DNA from: Chrysomallon squamiferum
Lineage: Eukaryota; Animalia; Mollusca
Length of the DNA: 64,000 bases
Assembly (NCBI GenBank): GCA_012295275.1
Contig: CM022677.1
Location: forward strand, 13,764,001 to 13,828,000
Reading direction: 5' to 3'
Below, piece by piece: positions 11,476 to 26,931 of this stretch. Every line of letters starts with the position of its first letter. The stretch's first letter is position 1. The notes beneath the pieces were generated by a model. The model saw only the letters and a list, made by a program, of their open reading frames with translations. It did not search any database and was not told the DNA's origin. Position numbers and translations under genes: made by a program.

Positions 11476-14400
11476 GTCTGTCAATTTTATATGTAAATAA
11501 ATTTATTATTTCATTCACAAACGATAATAAACAGAGAAAAATGACAAAGGTAGATTGATAACGAAAAGTATCATGTTCTTACAAGAAAATAATAAACATT
11601 ATTATATTTACTATTGGTATTGCTATTTTTCGTAGGTCACTGCATTATTATTCAGGTCTGTCAAGAAAGGGAATTTACATCATGGAGAAGGATGAATCAC
11701 CTGTTACAGAAACCATTCTTATGCAACTGCACCATTCTGGGATGTGAGTTTTTTTATTCTACTTGTGTGGCTAAGAGAATAAAATAAGTTTTGTAGAAAC
11801 CCTTTATTGATTATAAAATAGTGTAATAATATTCATTTATGTGCTATTGTTTTGTTAATTATTTTATTATTATCATTATAATGATTATGCATTACTCACT
11901 AAAATTAATTATTAGTAACAAAGTACATTGAAAATATCCCACATTATGTCTGAATAATCCAGTAACTGATACCAGTAAAATTTATATTTTAATTAGTTAA
12001 TAATAACCGAAATATTAGCTTTTATCTTCTTTTTTTTCAGAAGGCACATTTAGCTCCAGTTGATGTGCTGATGGTGGCATATGTCAGTGAAGTTGTTTCA
12101 GAAGAATGTGCTGTCCAAGCCATCAGGTATACTGTCTTATTTATACTTATACTTATCCTTATTTATTTATTTGTTATGTATTGTTATATTGTTAATTATT
12201 AAAAAAAAAAAATCTTCTTTTATTAAAATTAGTTTGGCTTTGTTAAAGTTTATTTATTTCTTCATTTTATACTTTGGAAAATATATGTCAAATATTCAGT
12301 TTTAGTTTATAGTGAATGATATTTTTACCTATGTAAGTAACATTTTATTATTTAAATGGATAGTTTCAGACTTTAAAAGATCTGTAGATAAATGCCAGGA
12401 TTTAAAGGATTATGTAAATTTGTGTATTTTAAAAATACAGTAATGGCAGGAATTTTAATGAAATTTTAGATCCTGATAAATAATAAAACTTTCAGTATGA
12501 AAAGTAGTAATGAATTAGATATTTATAATTATAATTTAGTTGACATTTGGCAACACAGAAATCCAGATAAAAGACAATTTACTAGATCTCAAAATGTTGA
12601 AAAAATTAAAACCAGTCAAGAAGTGATTTATTTTTAATTTCTTGAAATTTATTACAGTTTATAAGTAATGTATACATATCCTATAACTCGGTTAGTGATC
12701 ACTATTTTTTATCACTTAAAATTCATTTTTCTTGAGAGATCAAGGTATTTGGATGTTTAATAATGAATTGTTGAAAGATGAACTTTTTTGTAAAGCTCTT
12801 GTTGAAGTAATTAATATAGTTTCTGAGTGTCCTTTGTTACAAACTGAACCTGTTGTTTGGTGGAATAACCTAAAATATAAAATATTTTGCACTAAATAAG
12901 AGAAATATTATAATATATAAAATGCTTTAAAATGAGAATATGCTTAACTAGCTGTAAATAAGCATCATTATTTGAGTAACATACAAAGAAGAAAAGTTAA
13001 AATTCATTGAGAGATTTAGTGTAATGGTGCTATTTTAATATCTAAAGCTCAATAGAATCTAGATATGGATAGAAATACATTGTTTTTTCTGAGTTCTGTT
13101 GTTTTTTCTGTGGAAAGATCTATATATTAGAAATATATTTTTAGTTGCTTTATTAAAAAAAGGTATCTCTTCATTAGTTGTATCATTATTTACCTTTTAA
13201 GATAAAAAGAAAGATACAAAGAACTAGTAAAAAAAAGTGTGGTGTATGTTCTTAAATAAAATATTTCTTCTTTATTTCAGATTTGTTGTATTTTAGCAGG
13301 ACTTATGTTTATCAATAATCAGGTTATAATGAAGTATGTTTAAAAGATACTAAATGGCACTGATACTGATATAGCAGTAAATAATGTTACTAATAAAAAC
13401 AATAACAAATAAATTATCTTTGTTTTTACTTTTTCAGACATATACCACAAAACAGAAAGTTTTGCCACCTAAACAACAGAATGGGACACACACAGACAGC
13501 AGAACAGACAGAGTAATTTCTCAAAAAACTGGTATGAAAAACTCACCCACTAACTTATCTGTTTAAATATCAGCTTCATTTCTTTTCACTTTTTGTAATG
13601 CATTCTCAATACTGATAATAAGAAAAGCAGATTAGAGCAAGGAGAGTCTATAATAATAAGTAAAGTAATTGTAGTATGCAAATAGCTTGATAATTTAGTA
13701 TTCTTCCATTAGCATTGTTTTATTTCTCTTTGGCTTATATTTATACTAGAGGTAATCAAAACAATTTTTGGTTTTGTTTTGAACTTGCCAGAATACATTC
13801 TACTTTATTTTGTTTTGATTTGAAAGTTTAAACATTAGTTTTGCCTTTGTTTTTACTGTAGTTTGGTGATTCTAAGAATTTAGTATATTTCCAAAAAAAT
13901 ATATCAGAATAAAACATTAGTTATAAATATATGTATCTGCAGAAAGAGAAATATGTTAGATATGTACAAATAAATAAATAAATAAATAAAAGACTGGTGT
14001 TTTTCAGAAACTGGTTCTGTGAGGTTGCCACAGCACAGAAATGTCATCGAAGAATCTACTAACCTGGCAGAAACATGAGCATGTGCAGCGGTTGTTGTTG
14101 TTGTTATAGTAATAGCAGTAATAGTAGTACAACCCATTGTTGTAGTTGTTATAGCATAAGTACTTGATAATAATAGTTCTTGTTTGCAGTGATATTTTAG
14201 CCGATGATGCTTTGTGATCATAATGTATCTTGTGGGACTAATGGTCAGAAAAATACTAGCTGTAGTCATATTACTAGTTGTAGTAGTAGCAGTACTAATA
14301 GTAATTAGTATATAACAGTTAATTGAGAAATTGTTATGTGGTAACAGGAGCAGTAGTTGTAGTAGTAGTAGCAGTTGTTGTTTTTGTTGTAGTAATTATA

Positions 14401-17400
14401 ACAAGAACAGTATAAAATAATAGATTTCTTTGTTGAATTGGGGGAAAAAGAAAGAAAGCTGATTAATGCTTTATTTAATATTTGATTTGTTTATTTGATT
14501 GTTTGTTTATTTATTTAATGTTTGATTTGTTTATTTGATTGTTTGTTTATTTATTTAATATTTGATTTGTTTATTTGATGGTTTGTTTATTTATTTAATA
14601 TTTGATTCAGTATTTTATTGAGAGATTTATTGATTTGTTTATTTATTTATTTATCTACTTAGACAAGTCACCCATCAATCAGAATCAGACCAGTGAGGGG
14701 TCCACTTTCTTGGTTAATGTTGTGTGAAAGTTTTACCAATGAGCAGCTCAATGTTGGTGAATTTGAGACCCACCAACACTGCAGCCAACCATGTTGAACT
14801 GCAACAATTCTGAAGTTGAAGAGCGTTACACCAGGTGACCAATCTCAACAGTCGAATGTCAGTGATGATGGAGAAAAACTTGAACCTCTAATGCCAGCCG
14901 AGGTAAAACCAGCCAAAGAAAAACACTTAAATCATTCAAAAGCAGAGGAAAGAGATGCGACTCCCAAAAAGAGGACAACATCCCCAACAAAGCCTAGGAA
15001 ACCTCCTCAAACATCACCCACCACAGCTGATGTATTTCCAGTCAAGGGGAGATAACTGGAAGCCACCGTTTCTCTGAATCCCAACACCAGATGAACTAGT
15101 AAGTGTAATTTCAGGCTGATACTCCATTAACACAAGGATAACTGAAAATTATGTAGGTCAAGGTCAAGGTGAGGTAAAGGACATATACCATTTTACATTA
15201 ATCCTGAAAAACAGTGCCTCTAGAAGTCAGAAAACACTTTGATCAGAAGACAGTAGTGGTAACAGATTGTCCTAAACTTTTTATATAGTGTCTTAAAAAT
15301 CTTAATGAGCACAGTCTTGGACATATTTTATTGAATAAACTTCTTACAGGAGTCTTTGTATTAGCAGACTGAGTTTGACATTGCTGTGTGTGTAAACGAA
15401 CAAATCCCATGTTTACTAATGGTGTTTCACATCACTGTCTGTGGATGTCGAGACAAACTGACCATGTTAGATTCATCTTGAACAAGTGATTGGTCTTAGG
15501 AAGAATGAATACACTGTGCTGCAGGGAAAGCTTTCCACTTGACTTTTTGATCAGTGAGGAATCAGAAGACTCACTTTCACTGGTTGATGAGATTGTGAAG
15601 TTGACAAATGTATGAATCAGTTGTGTCCTTTAACTGGAAGATTGGGTTGTTATTGTTATGTGTGGTTCTGACTGCAGAAACAGGGCTTACCATTGTAGAT
15701 GAAGATCAGAGTGTACATTCACTCAGTCTGATCAGAGTTCGCAGTGTTTAAGTAGCTTACAAAGTCCTCAAGCTGCATGATGAGGTACAGGAGTGTACTG
15801 AAGAAACTGGATCTAGACTTGTCAGAAAAACCATAAACCCCATTTCTGTAGTAAGAGCCACACATAAGTTTTAAGACACAGATACTTTTATATTTAGAAT
15901 GTTCAAATGTTTTATATAGTTTTACTTGGCTTAGTTCATAATTGAATTTATTTTGCATTATGGTTATGATTATTTATGATGCATCCATTATATGCAAATA
16001 ATCTGAGCTTCATTTCCAACTGGGGTTTTGTAAGAAATTTCCTCAAAGAAAATGTATTGATATACTAAATAATATGTGTATTTATTCATTTACACAGCAC
16101 TAGAATTTCCTTGCCTGTGTTTCTGTAATATGAAAAGTAAAGTAATGTATGATCTCCAACATTTCAAATAATAGAGAGATAACTGTCTTATAGGCAGGAA
16201 TTTTTTTTCTTTTTATTGTTAAATAGGTTTATTTACATAGTTTATGTAGAGAAATATATAATTAGATAAATGTTTTTTTACTATAACCATTTATTGTATT
16301 TTTATGCCTGTATTTGGTTATATGCTTATAGAACTCAGTTTTTTCTATGTTCAGTATTTCAGAAACTGTGACTGCTTGTTGCTGAAAGTGGAAATCCTTC
16401 TTCAGCATTTTGATCTGCTTTTGGTGATGTGTTCACTGCATTTTCACTGGATTCAGAGGTTAGTAGTTTTTGTTTTTTTTATTTTTATTTAGTTTATAAG
16501 AATGACAGTCCTTAAGTATCACAGATATATGTTTTATTTTAATTATAAATGTTGTTTGATATAAAGTTTAGCTTCAAGGAATGATCAGATACAATTTTTT
16601 GTTCTGATTTTTTCTTTTCATAGATGCCAATTTTGTTTTTTCAAGAAGGTATGTATGCAGTAATTAAGTAGTCTTCAACAATCAAGGAATGGGGAAAATA
16701 ATGAAAAAAATGAGAAGATAAAATCATGAAATAACCTTTATTATAGAACAGGGTCCTTCATTAAATGGATTATTTATTTATTTATGATTGCAGTGTATTG
16801 TTTTTCTTGTTACTGTCATCATTATTATTATTATAACTTATTTATTTGTTTTTAATCATCATCATCATTATTGTTATTTATTTTATTATTGTTATTATTA
16901 TAAATATTTGTTTTATGGCTTCTGTGATGATGGCTAAATATGATTGTTTTTTTAAATGTCTCTATATCACGTAATTTTTTTATTTCACACAGTTCTCTGG
17001 TATGAGACACTACAAGTCTACCTGTCTGTGAAGATTTCTGGTGAATCATTGGCTGACTACAATCTGGACAAACTGGAGGAAGGATCCCAGCTCTGTTATA
17101 AGATCTTCATTTACATCAGGTACTTTGTTACACCTTGTTGTATTTGATTTAGATTCTTCAGAAAAATAGTTTTAATGTTATTCTATTGATAGAGATAACA
17201 GTCAGTAACAGTAAAACGATAGCAGCAATTCATCATTTATGAATGTTGTATTTTGTAAAAACAGATTTTTAAATAGTTTTAAAATAAAATATTATAGATG
17301 GCTATTTATTTTTATTATTTTTTTGTTATTCTTATTATCTCATTTAAAATGGTATACATATCCAGGCAAAGAATTAGTTTTTAATTGTGTTTGTGACAGT

Positions 17401-19985
17401 AACTTGGTTTTCAAAAGAAAAGTGAATGTTCTAAATTATAATATTTTGGGTTTTATAGTCAATTGTTAATTGTGGGACAGCTCTTTAAAGTTTTAGTAAA
17501 ACAAAATATTTTGTTCATGTTTGGAAATGAAAGTGATTCATTCTAGTTCTTAATTTTTGAGGAAGTAAACAATTTTGTAATTAACCTTTGCACTTCCCTT
17601 TAATGTAAAACTATTAATTAATTTAGGATAAAAAGTTGCAGTATTTAACACATTATTTAAGTTTGAAATTGCTTGTACGTAATAAAAATAATTTGTTAAT
17701 CATGGTAAAGGGATTTATCTCAAAACATTTTCACACTTTTAGAAAAGAGAAAAAGGTCACACAAGTGCTAATGGTAGAAGGGCGAATTTTCCAGACTCAT
17801 ACTCTGACATGCAGAGCTGGTGTGTTGTGTGTGCAGTCTACAGGTGACCAGTTCATCTGAGTTTTGTTTCTTTCTTTTATTCACAAACTTAAACTTTATT
17901 TTACACTGACAGTTCTTTATTGTAATAATAATTTGTAAAATAATAAGAAATTAAATAGTACAATAGTATGTTAATTTTTAAAAACATTAAATGTGACTAG
18001 CCAGCATGATATGAGTCAGATATCACATTGTGTAGTTTCAGTAATGAAATTAAGACAAAGGGCAGTAAACTGTAGATTGTATGACAGACTTCCTCTCATT
18101 TCTCAATACCAGCACATGATGTAAAGAAGCCAAAAGAGTGCACACATTTTCCAAACTAACTTTCAGCTACAAGCACAGATTTTGTGAAAGCTTGGAATGA
18201 GAAAATATTTTAAATGATTGTAATGCTGAAAATGTTGAAGCATTAATATGAGATTATTTTATGTATACGGAAATGTTTTAATATGTGAAAAAAAAAATAC
18301 AGAAAAATACAGCTGAAAACTTTTTACATAGCGGTGATATCTTTTGTTCTCAATCAACATCTCATTTTATAATTTTATGTTTTTAATGTTGTTTAATGAA
18401 TATTCAATTATTACTGTTTATCAGGTATTTCTAGTTTAATTCATTCAGTTAAAAATTTATATTTTGGGAATTTCTTCTTTTGAAAATAAACTGATGCACA
18501 AAAACAAACTAGACACTGTCTTCAAACATCAGGACATTCTTTAATGAACCTTTTAATATGGAATAGTTATTAGTATGGAAAATGTTTAAACAATCATCAG
18601 TGTCTTTAAAAGTTAGAATGTTCAGTCACTAATATCTCAGAAACTACATTTTAATTTTTAAATAATTTTCACTGCTAAGACAAAGCTCATCTAGAAAAGT
18701 TAAAAACATAAAATGTAAACTTTATGAAAGGAACCCATTTTGTGCTGGATGGTCACAAATATTTGTTTACTACATCAGATTCTAAAAACAAATATTTTCT
18801 GTTGCACTTTTGTTTTCATTCTGTGAGGTGTGTTCATGTGGGTGTGTGTCCAGAAGAATTTAAATTTGAAATTTATTTTACTGTTGATATTCACAGGTGT
18901 CACTGTTGGTGTAGCTGCTCAGTGTAGTTTTTGTATAACTTTGACACATGAGATCTCACAAGAGAAACTTTGTTCTGGCTGACTGGTAGAGTGTTGATGG
19001 AAGGACTCATCAACAGGTTGCAGATAACAGAATCCAGCAGACTGTTAGTATTTCACACACACACACATGGTTCATGCAGTCTGGTGATATGTGAAATAAT
19101 CACTGTTTTCTACTAAAGCTAGTCTACATTTGTTTTTAATCTTTTATGTTATCACTTGGAAATACATTTTGCCTCTATTTTTATTCAGTGACCATGTGAC
19201 CACATTTTGCAGGAGGCTTATGGAACTTCATTTATTTCCCTTAAATAAAATGTATTATTAATTCACTGGGAGGAAAAGTATTTTATTGGTGTTCTCAAGT
19301 GTCTGAATAATTGAATCACAAACAAAAATAATCTTCTAATTGTTCCAGTTATATCAATTTTAGACATTTCCTTTTTACACTGTTCAGTTAATTGATAGAG
19401 GTTTGTGGTTGTGACCAAGCACAGCATTTGAAAACTGGTTACCACTAGCTGGTCAAATGCAAGATCATGAATAGCTACATAAATTCATTTTTATAAATAA
19501 TGGATATGATAAATAACATCTATAATACATAATACCTCTACAATAAAGATTACAATTTACAAACCTAAGCAACCTAGGATCTGAGACTTGAGGTTCAACT
19601 AACTTGAAATAGTAGACTTGACATGGCAGACAACAAGTAATTATACACTTTGATTCAGGTGGTAGAAATATCATCCTGAATGAAACAATTCCAGTGAAAG
19701 TCTGTTGTGTATCATTGATGTAACTGTGGAAGTCAGATTTCTAATATTTCTTAATAACTGATTTTTAAAAAAAAGTCTACCCATTTCAGTAAACAATAGC
19801 TATTTAATATTTTCAATTAAATTCATGCAAAACATAGATAAGTAAGTTTTGAAGCAGTAAATTAATTAGCCCTGACAGCAAGTATATATATAGTGTGTTA
19901 CTTTATTGTAATACAAATTATTAGTATTAATATTAAAACAGTAGATATTTTCACTATTATTATTCATGCTGCTAATATCATAATT

Positions 19986-20030
<45 letters not shown>

Positions 20031-20330
20031 CTTCTTCTTCTTCTTCTTCTTCTTCTTATTATTATTATTATTATTTTTATTATTATTTATAGGATGGTTT
20101 GATGGAGTTCAGTTCACAGACATGTGAAAGCAGAAATTAAAATCTGTGGCCAAGTTTGATGAAGATTTGAGTTTTTGCTATCAAAGTTTTGATAGTTGAT
20201 GCCAGACTGATTCAGAAATCATGAAAAGATGCTGGATTCAGTTCTGCCTCTTTTTTCAGTCAGTCACAGCAGTGAGAAAAATGTTTGACCAGACACAGCA
20301 CCAAGTACAGTCAAGTCTGCAGCAGTCTTA
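11228..20330 (+). pseudogene. Multi-exon pseudogene copy A, STK31/TDRD8-like (RRM-like, low-complexity, Tudor-like and kinase-like remnants)
   Basis: AG/GT-bounded exons at 11228-11339 (GFGCFMFVVFQQESDA, RNP1-like), 16993-17119 (YLSVKISGESLADYNLDKLEEG) and 18897-19043 (GVTVGVAA...TH[G]DLTRETLFW, catalytic-loop-like). A Tudor-like remnant lies at ~15250-15700. Many stops and frameshifts. DNA homology to 35.3-36.8 kb and 43.5-44.2 kb. Confidence 0.45.
14470..14607. repeat. 40-bp tandem repeat, ~3.5 copies (TTTG/TTTA-based)
   Basis: Direct reading. Confidence 0.8.
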
Positions 20331-21337
20331 AACAAGAAAAAATATTTCAAATGATACTAATGAGTGAGAAAAATAAAAACATTCAGACAATACATGATAG
20401 GGAAAACAATAATTATTTCAAAGTGTATTTCAAACATTGGTGAAAAATATGAGATTAATTCCTATGATACAAATTTGAAAAGAAGATGAATATGATTGAC
20501 CTTAGAAATCATTTGTTACTGGTTAAAAAAAGGAAACAAAAAAGTTTTATAATAAAACGTGTTCATTTCAAGGAAGACTTTTTATTTGTTTTATATTATT
20601 ATTTCTTAAATATATTTCTTGTTTCATGTTTTTAAGTGGGTTTTTTTTTTTTTTTTTCTGATATAATAATCTGCTTAATCATGTAATCCAAATATAAGAC
20701 TTTTGGTAAATATTTACCCAATAAAAATATGTTAATAAAATAGAAAGTGGAAGGAAATATGTAAACCTATATATGCATGTATTTGTTGTTTGGAACATAA
20801 ACTCGGAAATTAGAAATTTACTTAATTAGTAATTTGCAGGTTACTTTGTCTGTCAAATTATATATTAATTTAAAACATTTTTTGTAAACAAATGTCTTCG
20901 TATTCTTTTTTATTTCATGTTGTATATTTTATTATTATAGTTTTACCAGATAAATCAGAAATCTTATAATTTTGAGAAGTTTTTCTAAAATTATATTTTT
21001 CATATGAAAAAGTATTTTTGTTGAAATAAATATTATAAATTATTTTGTTTCCAGTTATAAAATTTTAGCTAGCATTATCATAAGGGAGAAACAAATTTCT
21101 ATTGTGATGAGGATAATTCTTATTTATATTGTTTTGATATATTAACCCAAATAACGTACTTAATAATCATAATTTCTTCTGTTATTATATTAAGTAAATT
21201 TATTTAAATGGATAAATTCATAAGTATATTAATTAGAAGGTCTATAAGATTATTTGAATTTTCTGCTCTCTGTCTCTGTATCTGTCTTTGTCTCTCTATC
21301 TGTCTCTATCTCTGTCTCTGTCTCTCTTTCTCTCCTG

Positions 21338-21386
<49 letters not shown>

Positions 21387-22323
21387 ACTTGCTTTCTTCT
21401 CTCAACACAAACTTATAAACAGTTGAATTGATGTTACATACCACGCTCTAGAAATCAGTATATCTGTGAAATTTAAATAACGTGTCAGTATGAAAAGACT
21501 GACAAACATGATTTACATATGAAATTTTTATACTACATTTTTATAGTGAAATGAAATTTTTATGAAAACATTCAAACTCACAGTCGTAGTGAAATCCAAA
21601 TCTCTCTTTCTCTAATCATATTAAATAACAGAAATGTACACGTATCAAAATGGAATTTCGTAACAAATTTAAATTTTGATCTTATTTTTACTTTGAATAG
21701 CATGAATGAAGAAATATTAAGTTTTTAGTAAAGAAACATTTGAAATATATGAAATAAATCAAGAATGCACAAACAGATACTACTACTATTACTACTACTA
21801 CTGCTACTAATACTATAATTCTGCTACTACTAATAATACTAGTGAATTTCATAGACTAGGTAGTCTAAGGGAAATAACTCTGTTGTCCGTTAATAATAGG
21901 AATCAATATAACGATGATAATGGATAACTGTATTAACAACAACAAAACAAATTAGTGGTAATATCAGTAGTATCGCTGAAGTAACAGTGGGAGATTAGTA
22001 GTAATATCAGTAATAATAAGTATATTTCAAAATAGGATGTGCACTGTAAGAAAGTAAGAATAATGAGAAGTCCACCAAGCCGTGAAGGACAGCGCGGGTT
22101 TCGACAGTAGCGTCTCCAGCGTTAACACTAATAATAAAGATATATTTAATAATAATCTAATAATAATCATATATTTAATACAGGATGCGCACGCTCAGAA
22201 ATAATAATACTAGGTGATAAAAAGCAAGGAATAATAATGAGAAATACACTAATAACAACGTTAGGAACAATGCCGGTACAACGGCAACGATGGCGACATT
22301 AATAGAAATTAAAATAATATATT

Positions 22324-22503
22324 TTAATAGCTCAGAAAGCCGGTAGGACGGCGACAGTAATAGAAATTACAATATTACATTTTAATAGCTCAGAAAGCCG
22401 GTAGGACGGCGACAGTAATAGAAATTACAATATTACATTTTAATAGCTCAGAAAGGCGGTAGGACGGCGACAGTAATAGAAATTACAATATTACATTTTA
22501 ATA
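22324..22503. repeat. 58-59 bp tandem repeat x3 inside a dispersed CG-containing repeat also seen at ~33130-33300
   Basis: TTAATAGCTCAGAAAG(C/G)CGGTAGGACGGCGACAGTAATAGAAATTACAATATTACATT occurs three times. Confidence 0.9.
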
Positions 22504-25500
22504 CGTGATGCGCCCGATCAGAATGTTCGAGGAATAATGAAGATAAATCTGAATGAACTGTTACGAATGCAATACACATCGCTACCAAAAACTTTGAACA
22601 CATTTCTGTAACAGTAATCTAAATATTCCAATGAAGAAATTTGTGAATGTTATTTATAATTTTCATTACACTTTATTAATCTTGAACTCGGTAGTCTCAG
22701 AAAAACATGCTGTGTTGGTTAAACAAGTGCACACTTCAGCATCAAACCTATCTCTGAAAATATATCTTTTTTCACAGAACATGATTATTGTAAACACTCG
22801 TGTGAAAACAACTGTGATTTCTTCAAGTGAGGATAAAGTAAATTCTCTTAACCCACTTGATCGCTGACTGTAAATCATAAAACAAAATCTCTGACTTGAT
22901 ATAAGGAACGTGTTTTTATTAGTTTGCGTGCATTTCAATACAAATATTGAGTCCTTTTTTCACATTCACTGTTTTCAAAAGGCACTTTACTTACACATTC
23001 ATATTTACAAAATAAATTTAAATAGGATAATTTTACATTTTTACACAAATACACATGGACACACACACACACACACTTGCATATAATCACTTGCATAAAA
23101 TTATAAAATGTATTTCATGTTCTGAAGAGTTTACAAAATAGAACCGTTAATTAAAAGGTAAGTATGTGGCTACATAGTTGCAAATAAACCGTTTAAGACA
23201 AATATATTCAGATATAATTAACTATATTTTGAAACAGTTAAGTATATTTTAATATGTTTAAATAATTTTGATATGATTAAATATAAAAATTCTATCTGAA
23301 TCAAAAACATCTTTGAAATACTCATCTATTTATTTTGGGACATTTTCCTCCTATATTTTTCGGTGATAATTTGCTTTTAGAATTAATGCTTGGTCTTTAT
23401 TCAGAAACCTGATATTGTATCAAAAAAACAAAACAAAAAACAATGGAAAAAAAAAAAATGAGAATTAGATTAAGCTCTAATATAATCATTAACAAATAAA
23501 AGAAAATCTCTCAGTATTTCTCTATGTTAAGCAACACCTGTAAATATCACTGAGTGTATGTAACTGAAATGATCGCTGCTTTTTTTTTTTCTGATTTACA
23601 AACAAACAAAAGAAAAAAGAAGTAAGAAAGAAAAACGATTTCAGCTAACATCATGGCCGTTATACGACAAAACTGAGATTGAGAGAAATTTTTGAATGTT
23701 TGTTATGAAATTTATTATAAACGACATTAACGTTATATTTTGATAGTATCATGTTTTGAATAACTTTGTAAAGTTAACGAAAGATAGAAGCTTAATATAA
23801 CCGCTCGACATCTAAATATGAATATCTTCTTTATTAATATTAAAATTATGCTGATGTTTGTAAATTTTATTTTTTATTATTGTACAATTAGTGTATAGTT
23901 ATCAAAGAAAAAAAATGATTTTTTCGGTAATGTTGTTAGGAATACAACTCAGTATACTGATAGTAAAAGTTAAGTTATAAACATTGAAAAACACATCTGT
24001 TTTTTTCCCCAAAAAATCAGTCCTTCTTATCATATGCTGAGTTATTTTATTATTAACAATAATAAGACTATACAGAAACGCGTGAAGTGCTAGATGAATA
24101 CTGTATTTATTATTGTATTGATGTTACTGAAAATTAACTGTGCACCTTTCAGTGTCAGAATGTGATACTTTGTTTTATGACAGCAGTAACATGATATTCC
24201 GCGACACAATTTACATCTCTCCCTACATGAAATTACATGATTAATCTAAAATTCAAATTTATCAAATTATGTAATTAAGAACATATCATATTATTTTTTT
24301 ATTACTGAGAAAAGTAAGTTAATCTAGAATGAAATTCCATGTTTATTCAATAAATATAACTGATAATCTCTAATTAATGTAATTTTAATTTCTCATAAAT
24401 AATACAGACGTTATAAAACTTGCGTCTTATCGGTGGGTAACATTATCAGTGAAAACAGCAATATTCTTCAGTTAACTGTGGTTTTATAACAGGTCACGAT
24501 TTCTCATAAATCAGCGTTTTTTTTTATTTTATTATTATCATTATTATATATTTTTTTGAAAAACAAGTATTTAGTTTTTACCTCGACAGAAAAATACACT
24601 AAGAATAAATCTGATTTCTCTGATAACTTTACGACGCCTAATAAAAAATTCGAAGTAATTTTTATATCCGCACTCAGAACAGTTCTAATGAAACTAAGAG
24701 AATAGCGTCAAACATATATAGGAAGCTTCCGTTTTTACAGAAAAATAAAAACAAAATAAAAAATAAAAATATTAAAATGTTATTACTGTTGTTGTTGTTG
24801 CTATTTAGCTGTTGACAAAGAGAGGACTTTGACAACTATGGTGTCTGCTTCATTGTTATATAGAGTATTACTGGTGAAGCGGTTATATTAATATCTAATG
24901 TAATAAGAGAACTTCAGGTATAATAAGAAATGTAAAAACATATTACACTATACAACTTGCGCTGATGTACACCTTTTAATGAATGTAATGAAAAAATTAA
25001 ATAAAATAACAAGTTAATCTTGCTTGTTCTCAGCTAATCAGTACACACTATCGTGATTCCAGGGAATTAACTTTGACATTTTTCAGTATAACTTGATATA
25101 AATAATAAAATATGAGATTAACATTTCTTAACATACTTAACTAGCAAACTGTAAATATCACTGCTCATAATTAATTTCTTTTTTTTTTTTTTTTTACAGG
25201 TAATTAAACCACTTATTTTCATAACGCAATGTAGAATTATCATTTATAACTGTCAGTAATATCTAATAGATTAACTGTGGTTATAATATGTCAAACTAGA
25301 TGCACTCTCTTTATATCTCGATATATATTTGACGTAACATGTAAAGCTACTGTTGTTAATAAAAACATTATAACACTGAATTTCCATCTATATTTCTGAA
25401 TGTTCACAGTGAAATCATACCTGTAATTTTCAGTATAATTTGTCGTATAACTAACTGAATATCATCTCATTCACGAAGGATATTTGAGAACTTCAGAAAT

Positions 25501-26640
25501 AAAGAGGCCTTCCAGATTCCAATTCTGTTTTACTATCAGAATCAGGATTAGTTTTTAGTTGCACCAGAGATTGTATTGATAATTAAATACTGATTTTCTT
25601 TTTCTAGACAGGTGTTGCATTTGTTAGACATTAGCAAATAATTAATTACATATTCATTTTGATATTTCTAGTTGAGAAGTAAAGTGAATATTCAGGAATA
25701 AAATATCGCAACCAGATAAAAATGATATTTCATTAGCAACTGTGATATTAATGTGATATTTCTCAACGTAATTTGTGTTGTTTTCTCTACATCATGGCAG
25801 CAAAAGTAACGTAGTATTTTTGTTAAGAAAATACACTATTTACATTGATAATTTTACGCTGCTTAATTTTTGCACTGTTTAAATAGTGTTATATGTTATA
25901 AGCTTGATCCACAGATTATATTGTGTGGTATCCTGAAAGATAACATGTGTGAATTCTTTAATAGTCTTGCCATTCTGCTTGACTACATCATGTGATCCAG
26001 CAAAAATGGCAATACTTTTTATTATTATTTTTTTTAAGACATATCTAAAATCGAAAAAACTCTCTGAGTTGAAGTCTGTCATATTTGCTTAATAAAAGTT
26101 AATATCATCAAATTTAAATCGACGTTTTATTTACTACCAGAAATAATTTGATTAATCTGAAATTCATCAACATTTTGAGGTTTATTAAACTACTTTTATT
26201 AGCATATGTTTGTTTATTTAGAATTAGACATTTTTTTCTTACCATCGATTTATATACATTTCATCGGAAATTAAATATATATATATATATTTGTTTTAAT
26301 TATAAATATGTGTATAATTAAAGATGTAGTGCAGATACTTAACTTTTTTCTAAACTGAGATATAATGGTAGCTAGTCTGGAAGGATATTCATAGTTATTC
26401 AAGATATCGGACTTCTCTTACAATTTATACGGTTCGTGTCACCGCTACTCTCTAACTATGAATGACTGTGTAACACAGTGTAACTAAAATCTCATGTAAA
26501 CTACTACACAAACAGTGCACACGTTTTTAAAATGTATTTTTATGACTCAGTGGTAAAATGAACGGTGCAAATAGCGTTATCCTTAAGTAAAACTGACACC
26601 TCATTTTTACTTGTTTATAATTATGTAATGTTTGTATAAT

Positions 26641-26750
26641 TTATTAGTGAAAATATCGGTGTCCTTAATTAAAAATGTCTTGCTTGTTCATTTTTACTTG
26701 TTTTATTAGTGAAAATATCGGTGTCCTTAATTAAAAATGTCTTGCTTGTT
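26641..26750. repeat. Direct duplication, ~62-bp period, 2 copies
   Basis: TTATTAGTGAAAATATCGGTGTCCTTAATTAAAAATGTCTTGCTTGTT occurs twice. Confidence 0.9.
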
Positions 26751-26867
26751 TATAATTACGGGATGTTTTATGATTTATAGTGTGAACTGCTCTCGTTATA
26801 CAAAATACACGTGATAGCTTTGTATTCATAATGGAATATCATTTAAGTTTTCTTCTATTTTCTTATA

Positions 26868-26931
<64 letters not shown>

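Noticed and set aside
19263-19674. Two minus-strand exon-like ORFs inside copy A
   Set aside because: Splice-like boundaries are present but no protein family could be recognised.
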